This document shows positions 40,601 through 52,600 of a stretch of DNA of 64,000 bases, piece after piece. The translations under genes were made by a program, and so were the position numbers. The stretch's first letter is position 1. Each line of letters starts with the position of its first letter. A model generated the notes under the pieces. The model was not told where the DNA came from. It saw only the letters and a list, made by a program, of their open reading frames with translations, and did not search any database. This DNA is from Balanoglossus misakiensis (Eukaryota; Animalia; Hemichordata): contig CM082585.2 of the NCBI GenBank assembly GCA_040954595.2, forward strand, positions 2,634,902 to 2,698,901, given 5' to 3'.

Positions 40601-41444
40601 ATCGAGGTGTCGGAATAGCGCGAATTACGAAGCATCGTTCCGCCCAATCAGGCAATCGAAAGCAGCTGACCTCCTGAGGCATGATGTTAGAAAGACGCAG
40701 CTGTACAAGAAGCCAGATAATTATGTTGATGTGAGTTTTTTAAGTATTACATAGCATGAGGTAAATGAAGGTGTGCTTAGCTATGTGTATTGAATGACAA
40801 TGTTTAGCTTGAAACACGATTTCAGAATACAGGTACATGTAGTTACAATGTGAAGTGTTTGAACACCACCATGCAGCAGATAGAGCATAGCAGTATTTCT
40901 CTCAGGCTTTCTTGTACCGAGATTATGCTGTAGTTTTTGTCAGCTATATGCAGACACGATTATGGAAAACCAAAGTCTCTACTCTTTGTAAAGATTTTAT
41001 TTTATTTTCCATTCTAGTGTAAAGACACACACTATGTTGAGAGCTTCAACAATGTTGCGCATCCCATTAAAAAACTCCTATAAATTTAGGAGTGATCTCA
41101 CCTGTCTGGACTGGGTAAGTTTTATTTTATTTCCGAGTGTGTTCATGTGTTCCCCATGATAATTTACAATGTTTCTGTGCAAGCTTATCACTGACAAAAC
41201 AATAAAATATGACGCAGAAGCGAAAGTGGTGTTAGTTTCGCAGTTTATTGAAACTGTTACTTGAACACTGTCTAATTTCCAGAATGAGAATGTAGACCGG
41301 CCGTCAACCAATACCAGGAGGAGTCGGCGAGGAAGGCAGTACTGGAGGAGGTCTGAGCGCAGGGAATTGACGGAAAAAACAAGTCGTTGGAGGACCAATG
41401 TGTGGAGGCGTTTTGTCGAAGAAGTTTTTAGTGCCTCTCTGTAG
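37694..41444 (+). pseudogene. 11-exon Kolobok-like DDE transposase with one frameshift in exon 10
   Basis: Phase-consistent GT-AG exons: 37694-38232, 38364-38467, 38756-38823, 38944-39056, 39294-39403, 39578-39679, 39941-40033, 40250-40392, 40575-40730, 41018-41114, 41283-41444. Motifs SDARHGTRKNA (D), HDNNASV (D), NDTWH, THYVESFNN (E), LDW|NENVDRP. The frame is broken just after ESFNN. Possible right end ..TTGCCCCT|ttaa at 42882. Confidence 0.8.
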
Positions 41445-43924
41445 AAACCCAGAGACGTATGCTCTAGTGCATACACATACCAAACGGCCCTTATCAGGGC
41501 CACCACATCCTTCAAAAAGAGAACTACCGTAATCACCAAAACACTTCGTAATAAAAAAATAAAAAGAAATGCACAAATCATTACACAGGCACACATACTC
41601 ACATATAAAAGTGAATAAAGACGTACACTACACACCCGAGGATATGACTTTGATGTTATTTTAATGTACCATTCATTTTTGTCAAAAACAATCACCACTC
41701 AAAGAAAACTGCCAAAAATAAAGATGTATCGCATTATAATATGTACAATAATGTCGTCTCTTAAAAAAACCTTAAACGGACTCTTGACTTCAGTGATGCC
41801 CGGATTTGATGAAATATCGAAACGTACGGAAACGCAGAAAGTCAGTCAAAGAATTGTTTTACTATCAATCACGTGATCTGGCCATGTGACCCACGGCGTT
41901 GTCATTTCCAAGTGACGGGCAAGCAATATTTCGCCATTCAGTAAAAGATTTTTCCGAGTATGTTTTTATTTTAAAAACCGCCAGACACGTACCATGTATC
42001 AGGTATAATGCCTCCACGCTATTGAAGTTGCCCGTCATCTGGATATTTGAATGCTAACGTAACTGTGCCTGAGCGTGCGTGCTGCTGTACACGGGCGTGA
42101 CAGCTTCACGAGTGCATATAGCCGCGCCTATAGGCCCATGTCGCAATAGCAATAGATAGGACTTTCTACCTGCAAATCATGACGCACCAAGTATCAAGAC
42201 ATGCTGCCAATCATTTATAGTTTTGGTAATTCGACTTGTATTCCTTTCATGTGGAATTTTCGACAAGCATCTGAGCTCCCTTCAAAAATTACCGACGCCA
42301 CGATCGCGATTGTCAGCTATTAAAACAATGCGGACATTTTCGCATCGTTCATTTCCGGGGATCAGTCTAGCTTGAACTGGGTTTGTATCGATGTCGATCT
42401 GTAAACTTGATGATCGCGAATTCATACATTTCAACGCCTATTTTGAGTAGCGATCCGCTCTCAAGTTGATAGGAAAATTATAGACAGGCCTGTGCCGAGC
42501 CGCCCCAGCCGTGCGCAAGTGGATTGACCAACGCGTGATACGGTAGCCGGTCATGCATGCAGGATGACTGTTTTGCATGCTGCCGGCTGCGCCTCCAATC
42601 ACAATTGCTTGGGAGAATTGAGCGTCGAAGTGGTTAGAGCGATCGGCCTCTTGCTTTCCAGTTGACCGTAAACAGTCTATACTGTACTCGTGTGCAGCTA
42701 GACCATGGCACGTTATCGTTATCTGTAATACCTAGCACCCTTTAGAGGATTAGCTATGGTGGTAAACTGTTGTGATTGGAGTGTGTTTTTAACGTACTGT
42801 AAGTTAAACATCGCAACTAGCCTAATGTTTGACTAGGAGGAGCACCTACTAATGCGAAAACCAGGGATTGAAAATTGCCCCTTTAAACATCGACAGACAA
42901 ATGACACATTTTTTCCCCTTTATTTTGTAGAACAGAAGTAAAATGTTCTTGGAGAAGCAAATTTAAATTGTTTTGTGTTCTTTTCACAATTTTAGAAAAA
43001 TGAAATATGACGACAAGTTGACTGTAGAAACGGAAGGTTTGGGGTACTTTAGGCACATCACAGATAAATAAACACGAAACGCATTAATTTTTCAGCTGGA
43101 AAACTAAAGCCCTAGGCCTGCCCATCAGTTTCCTCCCATAGACAACCTTCACAATGGGACACCATCCCTGGTTCTTTCAGGAATCTCCCTGGGTTACCTC
43201 CAGGGGACGTATAGAATGCATTAGTGACAATTAAAACGCCATCGACTTTATCCTGTATTATTTTGTAATATTTTCACAGAATCTGAGATTGAAAATTAAG
43301 TATTCCAACCATCAGCAAGAATTTACTTTCAAAAAATCTAACCGTTGAGAGCTATTTATAGAATAGAGTAATTTTGACATTAAGGCCGAACCCTGTTGTT
43401 AAGTATTAAGATTTAATTTTAATTTTTCGATTAGTGATCTATTTCTTATGCATGAATGAAAAAAATAATTGACAGATCTCAGTCTTACAGATGTTTATTC
43501 TATCACCATGGTAACAACTTCTTATCGGTATATAGAGGGTTGTTTGTCTCGTATCGCGCTACTGATATTGAAAAGTAACCTTCCTAATTTCAACAAGCTG
43601 TAAATTTTATAGACGTTTAACTCGTGCTCATTTTCTTCTTCTTCTTCTTCTTGTTAATTTCTGTGCCGACGGCTTCAGTGCCCAACGTTCGATTCTGGCA
43701 GGTGGTTTCGAAATTGGATTGTTGTATATGTGGACCAACGGCTTGTGGTCTGTCACAATGGTGAATTTCTGACCATATACATACAAGTGGAATCGTTCGC
43801 ATGCCCATACAACGTCAAGGGCCTGTCTTTGTGTTTGAAAATATCGTTGTTTGACTGGTGTGAGTGATCTGCTTCCGTAGCAAAGAACTCGTGGTGCGTC
43901 GTCGACGCGTCGCTTTTGCTTTTC

Positions 43925-44110
43925 TGGGTTAACATGGCTGCTATAAACCTACTGGGCTGGCATCTACAACTATTTCGGTTTCTTTCTTCGGATCGAAGTA
44001 TGCCATGATTGTATCACTCATTAGTCAGTTCTTGATGGTGATAAACACTTCTTCTTGTCAATCCGTCCACTCCCAAGGTGGGTATTTTATGGTAAGTTGT
44101 TTGAAATAGT
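43925..44110 (-). mobile_element. Ty3/Gypsy LTR retrotransposon pol relic (RT connection/RNase H)
   Basis: Minus strand reads LTIKYPPWEWTD*QEEVFITIKN*LMSDTIMAYFDPKKETEIVVDASPVGL, the Gypsy RNase H DAS motif region, with stops. Confidence 0.8.
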
Positions 44111-44646
44111 CCGCAGACTTACTGCTGCAAATGGTGAAAGAATTTTCTGTTGAATTGAAGTCTCTGAAAGTTTTAAGGAGGCGAGCAAGAAGACAAATTA
44201 AAAGTGCCCAGAAAAGGATTGAGTATGAACTACTTTTTACAAACCAAACATTACCGTATTCCTTGTATGTAAAAAGTTTGGCTGTTTAAACAGTACTTTC
44301 AAGTAGTTTGAATACTGGGTTCGCTCTTATGTATAGGTCAATGTGCCTGTGCATGTGCTGATTAAGGGAGGTGTTGTCATAGCAACACACATCCTTCCCT
44401 AGCCATACAGGAATGCTGTCTGTCACATTTACATGATGGACCGTCACCAACTTCCCCCAACCCACGGCTGTAATTACTGAAGCCTCCCTTAAAAGCATCA
44501 ATTTGGGATTTTGAGAACCATAGTCTATTTGGACAGTGTTCATGTATACATAATTTGGGTGTATTCCTGAGAACTTCAAAACTATATTTTTCTTCGTTAA
44601 TTCATGAAAACGTTGCTAATATCAGTTGCTACAAAAACCAAGTTAA

Positions 44647-45220
44647 TTAAGCAATAAAACATCCCCAGCCATGGTATACCACGAGATTTTGACCAGTTCA
44701 CGACATATACGCACGAGCGATAGCGAGTGCGTATAAGGAGTTGAACTGGTCAAAATCGAGTGGTATACCATGGCTGGGGTGTTTTATTGCTATTATATTA
44801 TATCAACAATTGTTTTTGAGGCATATCAGTGTCATTTTCTTACCGAAACGGCGGCATAAAGAGAAATTACGATCGTGAACCAACATGGCGACGATGAATG
44901 TAAACACGAGCGGCCGGGATCCAGCCGGGATCGAGCATTAAACATGAAGCAGACGCCAAAAAGTGACAAGACGGGCATCGCGCGTGGCAAAGTGAAAAAT
45001 ATTTCCACAGAGCAATTCCAAAATAAAACGTCCGTTAATTCAACAGTATTGTTGTTTTATTTATTTGGTTTAAACACGCGCAACTGTGGTTTTTGCTGCC
45101 ATATGCTAGTTCAGCAGGGGCCCGTTTTAGCTCTGCCAGCAGTGCATTATGAGTATTTTAGCATCGCTGGATTGAGCTCTCGTCCAATCAGAATTGCGGA
45201 CGGTAGCATGATATAATATA
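44647..45220. mobile_element. Long-hairpin non-autonomous element (Crypton-like, inference)
   Basis: ~140-bp palindrome 44650-44791; a highly similar copy lies in opposite orientation at 54941-55083. Confidence 0.6.
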
Positions 45221-46629
45221 ATACTGTATATATACCATTTATATATTTGCGACAAAATTATTGTCATATATTGCCAAAGAAAACAATGGATTTCAAATAG
45301 AATTGTTTTATCAAATTCTGGATATATTTATTATTTAGCAGCATTCAAAAATGGCTAACGATGCAGTTTTTTATTTATTTAATTCATCCATATCAAACAC
45401 AGAAATGTTGTCTACCTAGGATAGGATGACTAGAACAATCATCTATACAAAGTCAGTCCCCCCAGATCAATGGGAATAAAAAGTGCCTTGCTCAAGGGCA
45501 CAAAATCATTGAAGTTTATGCCATTTCCACTCAAGTTGGACTGGAAGTCAAATATGAAGACATTTGTTGGAATTTCTCTTATCTCATATACTTATCTGCA
45601 TTCTGATTGTGAGCTGATCTGTTATGAGGGATTTTATTCTGAAATTGTTCTTTTTGGTGCTATGGTCTATTTATTTCCTAAGTGTCACATTCCACTGGAA
45701 TGAATTGTCTCTCCCCCCAGAAAACAGCATCTAGACCCCCCTGGGGATACCAAATGATGACTCCCTGAGTACTTAACTCACTCCAAAATAAAATCAACCC
45801 AGTGCCAATTCTTCAAACATTTCAAGTAAAATTTGCCTGATAGAAGTTTCTCTTGATGAAAATCACTTGTGACTCTGAAGTGTTGCACAGAAAAGAACTT
45901 GTTTCTTTTTTTCTTTCTTCAAAGGGTGGAAAGTGTACCAGTCACAAATCAACGTCGTAACCAGGGTAACTACCAATTTCATGTCAAAGTTCATACATGC
46001 TATCCTCTGCTCGCATTAATAGCGATGTTTTGGGCGATTTCTGAGGGAGACTACACTTTCTACATGCTCAATCATGAAGGTAGCTGTGTTGTGATTGGTT
46101 ATCTACACATTTGTCTCAGTCAGCAACCAATCAAAGCCCAGCTTACTTTCCAGTAGTTGAGTGAAAAAAAATTCATTAAGTTGGTTATTTTCACAAAAAT
46201 CAGTCCTCCAATCTCTTCCATGTTTTTGTATTAAAGTGTATATGAAGTCTATTTGAAAAAAATGATTTTCATCACCTTGGTTTCATAAAAAAATAAACAA
46301 TGTTCACCATGGAGTTATAGCGCCATTTTGAATTTCAAATTTGAGACATTTTTTGTCATTCAAATTTTTACGATGAATAATTAATCTGTATTCTTTGTTT
46401 TAAGCAAGAATAATCTAAAGTTGTATTGAGGAGAATATGACTGATTTTGAAGGTGCACATTAAAACCAAACATGAGAAGCAAGTAGGAATAGTTCATGTC
46501 TTGTATTGCAATAATTTGGCAGCCCGTGTTCAACTCGGGGGGTGGGGGGGGGGGGTGGGCGGATGCTAACAATGGACACACATATACACAAAAGATTGCA
46601 AAAGTAACAGATTTATTTTGAACACATCA

Positions 46630-46967
46630 AGGATTTTAAATACCTATAAAGAATCTTTCTGGCTGTGAAGAAGCAGTAAATAATTCATTTCTCAAGTCCT
46701 CATGAAAAAGAGCTGTAAAACTGCAGTTATGGAAACTACATTGCAAGGATTGGTAACAGATAATATTCATATCCAAGATGAGGTCATACATGGAATAAAG
46801 GATTTTAAATACCTATAAAGAATCTTTCTGGCTGTGAAGAAGCAGTAAATAATTCATTTCTCAAGTCCTCATGAAAAAGAGCTGTAAAACTGCAGTTATG
46901 GAAACTACATTGCAAGGATTGGTAACAGATAATATTCATATCCAAGATGAGGTCATACATGGAATAA
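46630..46967. repeat. Perfect 2-copy tandem duplication, 169-bp unit
   Basis: gattttaaatacctataaag..catggaataa at 46632 and again at 46801. Confidence 0.9.
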
Positions 46968-48396
46968 CATTTAAAGGGACAAAATCTCTCTCTCGCTGCC
47001 ATTTTTCTGTTAATTATGTTTGATACAAGACTGTGGATATATAGTGAATCAACGTTCGACCACCCACAACTTCCATCTCACTTGTAGACACGAGAGTAAA
47101 ACACTCGTCAAAATGAATAATCGGTCTCTACCGTTTATTCATTTTGGCGAGATTTTTACTCTTATATCCTTTAAACAGGCATAATTTTGAATGATAAAGC
47201 GAAACTGATTCAAATTTTAAAATCAAGATGGCCACCATTCAATGTGTATTGAGAAAATTTGAAGTATTTTTATTTTTGAGAAAGCAAATTTTTTTCTGTT
47301 TTCAAAGTGACTCTTCCCACATTTTAATACTAAAAATATAAAGATATGTCGACCACCTAAATAGCATGTCTGCAAAATGTGAATGGTGATGTCTGTATTA
47401 GTTTATAATTCAAAATTAAGAAAATAGTTTCTCAATCCTAATATGAATGATCTTGAAGTGACAACTTGTGTACATAGAAAAAAGATGTTGAGAGTGTGTT
47501 CAATGTAATTGAAAGCAAGAAGTGTATGACAACCTCTCTTAAATTGCATATTCTTGGGTAGTCATTTGCTTTTGGGAAATAGTACACATCAAAACCGAAG
47601 TCCAGAACATTACACAAAATCATTGTGAACATGAGTGAATTTCCTAAATCTGTCAACAAACAAAAGTAATGTTTCTAATGAAGATATTGATGATCAGGAT
47701 TAAAAATATTACTGTACAGCTTTTTGGTGAAAACAATAATTTGAATAAAAAATGTTGCAACAAATCACAAAAATCACTAGAATTTTAAAAAAAATCAACT
47801 TTATTTTGCTATAATGGTCATTGATGTCATTAGCTGCAGTTTGTAAACTCAACATGACAATTTCTTAGTAGTCACTTTCTCATAATTGTAATTGACTCAC
47901 TTTATTTGCATGTGTCTCCATCCTGTGAAGCTGACATGACATCATGTTCCTTAGAGTGATTTAATTTGTAATTAACCATTACATACACTTCAAATAGGTC
48001 AGTATCTGCAGGATGGTCTTGTACTGTATTTGGGTAATTCACTTTCTGTTATCTCATTCTAGATCTATGTCACAGATTCCATTCATTTATCTTTAGTTGT
48101 GTCACCTGTTGGTAGCTGTTTCTGCAATCACCATCTCCTCGTTGTACAGCCTGGTTATTGAGAAGACAGTAATGGTGGAGGGTGGTTTGGTGTATTGGCT
48201 TTGATTTCTCTGCAGGGCTTATAACAGTATGTGTGTACGGAACCTTTTCCTTGCACACGCACATTACGTTACTCAGTTAAATTTCTCAGACATTGCAACA
48301 AGTTCCATGGAAATACTGCCATCATTTGCCATACTAATCAGAAATTGATATACTGACGTCACAATGGTCTGCTTCAGAGATGTTGATGTCATCATC

Positions 48397-49651
48397 TTAG
48401 GACGTTAGATGTAGATGAGCCATGTCATCTTCAACATCATGATGATCAGCTGACACACCAAGTTTTCGGAACATCTCATGTATTTCTTCTCTGGCAGCGT
48501 AGACATCACAACTTTCTTGCTCAAGAATTTTAACCAGGTTGGAAAAATTGCTCTTACAGAATTTCTTATCTGCAGTTGGCTGTTGGCCTGCACGTTGTTG
48601 TCCTCCACAGCCCTTGGACCAAACAGATAAAGCATGTTGTGTGGGGGATTGAATCAATGCACTGTATTGCCATGAATCCACCTCCATGCGAGGGATCCCC
48701 ATCAAGTCTGCCATAGCCCTGTAGTCATTGCCGGATAAACGGATGATATCCATGATATTAGAAAATATCTTGAGGGCATCCTTCAGCATCCACTTGACAT
48801 CACTTTCATATCCACTGTGTCGGAGGATGGTTGTATCATACCCAGCACAAAGCAAGTCAGTAGCTGCTTCTGAAATCACCATCTCCTCGTTGTACACCTT
48901 CTCATTCCTCTCTTCTGCTTCCCGAATTTGCTTCAATGTATAGAATGTGACATCTTCAAGGTTGCGATGGTTTCGAAGAGAATCTGAACTCAACACGTGG
49001 ATGTCAAGTCTTGTACCAGGACAGCAGATCTCTAACACTTCATAAACAATATCAGTTATTGTCTCTAATAATTTGTAGCATTCGCCGATTTCCTCTTCTT
49101 TCTCTGCTCTAACACAAACATGGATAGCTCTCCAACCTTTTGTCATATACACCAAGCCTTCTGCATTGTGACACACTTTGATGCCATTTTTCCATATACC
49201 ACTTGTTTGTTGGTTGATCTTTCGGAAATGGCATTCTATTCGGGCGTGAAGTCGGGGGAAAAATCCTGGCGAGAAACTATCAGCATCATCTCTGCATTGG
49301 AACCGTCTGCCATAGTAAATTAGTAGCATCCTGTTTCCACTGATTTGCAGGCATATCTGTGTCCAACAACCCAGGTATTACATACCCAGTTACAGTATTG
49401 GATTCAGAAATGACCTCGTAGAGAAGGTCAAACTCTTTGAGAAGATTTATGAGCAAATCAATATCTGCCAGACCATGGAAAACTTCCTCAATTTCGCTTC
49501 TCATATGTAAGGACTTCCGCGGCAAGCGGTTTGCAAACTGCTCAAATATTTCAGGAGCCAGCATGGGACCGAATATTCTAGAACATAACCATTGGGGATC
49601 AAGAACAATGACGTCATCTGAATCTGGTAGGGTACTCTCGATTTGGAGCAT
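48397..49651 (-). CDS. Terminal exon: COR + Death domain, frameshift at ~49320-49330
   Basis: Acceptor tttattcacag|ATG at 49651. ORF 49286-49651 and ORF 48397-49329 overlap in different frames (..WKQDAT / IYYGRRFQC..). Confidence 0.88.
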
Positions 49652-52600
49652 CTGTGAATAAACAATGGGGAAAAATACTTATGTTTTGAGACATTTATTC
49701 AAATGAAATTGTGCATATATCTTAGTGACACACATACCAGTATGTAGATGTGTGCATGGCTGATCATACATAGGGAAACCGCGAAACCCAGGCCAAGTCT
49801 AGCCTTGCCTGGCCAAACCATCTCAGCTATAGTGATCGAAAAAAAACTCATCAACGCCACAATATTGCCACTGGTGATTTAGGAACAATGTCAGGGCTAT
49901 ACCCACACTAGTGACACACATGGACCACAAAAACATGTTTATAGCAGAGGGCCTTTTCTGTTATTTTTTCTCAGTCTTGAATCCCTGTCTAGATCCTCAG
50001 CAAAAGGCTCTGTCAAGCCTTTCACCCCCAGATCCCTCTTAAGGGTTAAATTTGTATGACACTAATCATGATCAAACAAAGAGTGCACTTAACGGTTGAC
50101 ACAAGCACACCCCCTGTCAACAAATTTTCCAGCGTTATTTCTGGTTTCTGTATTAGTACTTGCTTTTCATATCCCATGGTTTATATGTTCAAGTCAATGA
50201 TGCCCTCTATTTTTGATGAACCCTGGCATTGATAGGTTTTAAAGAATTTCTAGAAAACTTTCAGAACTCCTGTTGGTCTTTGGAAAGGTTTCATCAGTAA
50301 TTGTTCTGTGATAAACATAATTGCAGTACTGTACTTTCTCCAAACTTTGCGAGAACATTTTCTTGTAGTATGACTTCATACTGTAAAACGGGTTCTTTTC
50401 GCGACAGGAAATTTTCGCGATATCAAAAGAAGCAACTGTTATGCATGGATTAATTTTGGCTTTCTCGTATTTCACTAACTGCATTGTTATCTAAGAAAAA
50501 AAACATTTTATGCGACTTTTGTATTTTCACATTTTTGGGGGCTCTCGCATATTTCATGAAAATTTATTGCTCGCGAAATAACCTGTTTTACAGTATCCTC
50601 CATAGATTTCTTAACCTACTGATCAAGTGGGGTAATGTCTTCAGCAATGATTTCTTACCTCCCCAAGGTAGTAAAGGTATCTCGTAGCTTTCTTTAGAAA
50701 CTCTTCATCAATGAAACGATCCAACTCTTTCACTCTTTCTATATATGTTTTCCATTTGATGACCGGGAAACTGCTCACAATCCATTTGCTTCTTCCATCA
50801 AGTATCTTAGCACACAACTTTGGTATGTATTCTTCTCTCTGTAACATTAACACAGCGACATATACCAGGTTCATGTCCAGACAGGGTAAAATTCAAAACA
50901 TTTTATAGACACTATTTGCCAATAGTAAACACAGAGCATTAATCCTTTAAGTCGCCTTGTGTACACACACACAAACAATGGGTTGCGGAGAGGTGTTAAT
51001 CCTTACACTGGCTCAGGTCTGACCAAAGCCGTCTCAAATCTGAGACGTTTCAGGACCACTTAAACCATTCACACATGATAATTTACGCCAGTATTTCATC
51101 TGAGATGTTTCAAAAACGTCTTAACGATGACCCCCATAATACTGTTGTTTGGTGAAATGAACATTCAGAAAAGCAACTCGAACAATACTGGCAACAGTGA
51201 TATTCACCCTTTACAGACACAGCCCATTATTTAAAGTCTTGTTCTCACTAAAAGTTTGGACACCGGTGTTATGCCAGTGTTTACTCTCTGCAAACACAGG
51301 GGATTAGCCCACAGAATCTCCTTGCGTCCACACACTAAACTTTTGGCCACTGTTTTGAAATAAACACCGTCTAAATGGCCATGTTTAGCAACACGGCAAC
51401 TAACAAAATTGAGGATGTCGAGGACATTACAGCAACATGTTGCAGTTTATATACCTGCATATACGTTCTAGACGACTTTGTGACAGTTTTGATAATGTTT
51501 AGAAGTAAATGAATGTTAATCCATAAATGGAAAATGCCTCGGCTTTTTGGTGATCGAGAGAACCTTCTGAAAGTTGGTAGCAGACTGAAGTGTTGCAGAC
51601 CTGGCAAACTGCGAATGGTTTGAAAACCACTCGCGTCCAGTGTGATTGACTTAACAATGGAAACTGACCAAAGACAATGGGCTATACCTAATAAACATAC
51701 CCAAAAGTCACTGCAGGGTGGCGCTTTTGAACGGTGTTTGTTTATCTTTGCGTTCTCACTGATTATTTGCGTTGGAGTGCTGGCCCAGCACTGGCCCTGA
51801 CCCACCACCCATCGCTGTCGCAAATTAACACCGGCCCAACACCGGTGTAAAGCGTTCTCACTTGTTTTTTTCCGTCGATGTCAAATCTACACCGATGTAG
51901 CACCAGTGTAAACGTGCCAGTGAGAACGCCCTTTTAGACAGTTCTGATACCCGGTAAGTCAAAAGTATACAACCTTGACTTATTTCCCACTGATAAGAGT
52001 TCAGTTATTACTATCTGATAGTTGGCTTTCTTGGACTCTATGCATTACATGAGAGTATTAAGGTGATGTAAAGCATGCCTTTGTCAAATATGGCCCTAAT
52101 GAATTAACATGTTCAATCCAGTCACATATTGCAGAATATCTATAAAACCATACCTTTGCACTTCGTAGACATTCACGCAATCTGTGCATATCATTATGCT
52201 GCGAGTTGTGACAATTCAGTATGAATGTCTCATCAAGAATATTCAGGTATTTGCCAAAGGTCTTCTGAGCTGTCTGGAGTATTTCCCTCATCACCAATTC
52301 AGCTATCAAGAAAAAAGTAATGATCTCTTGATAGATTTTTATTTACAAAGTATGGACATGTACACAGAAGAGGCCACTTTGGTGCTGTTTTGTATTTTTT
52401 GAAAGCATCCGGTGAAATTCTACATCAATCACACTGTCTGAATAGGTAAAATGTTGAATAGTAATGAGATCTCCTTTTGCATAGGTTCAGATGTAGTATG
52501 GGTGTCCCTTTCGAACAGAACAGCCAAGAATCAGCAAAGGTAAAGACAGCGCCCAACACTACATCTGGTTTTAATCAGATTGAGTGTACTCCCACACCAG

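Noticed and set aside
41078-41698. 206-aa minus-strand ORF
   Set aside because: Antisense to the last transposase exons and 3' UTR; no motifs.
50990-51935. Harbinger-like MITE and 150-aa ORF 51371-51823
   Set aside because: Only one plausible terminus (gtgagaacgccc) is visible and the ORF has no recognisable domain; probably a repeat relic, but the boundaries are unsupported.
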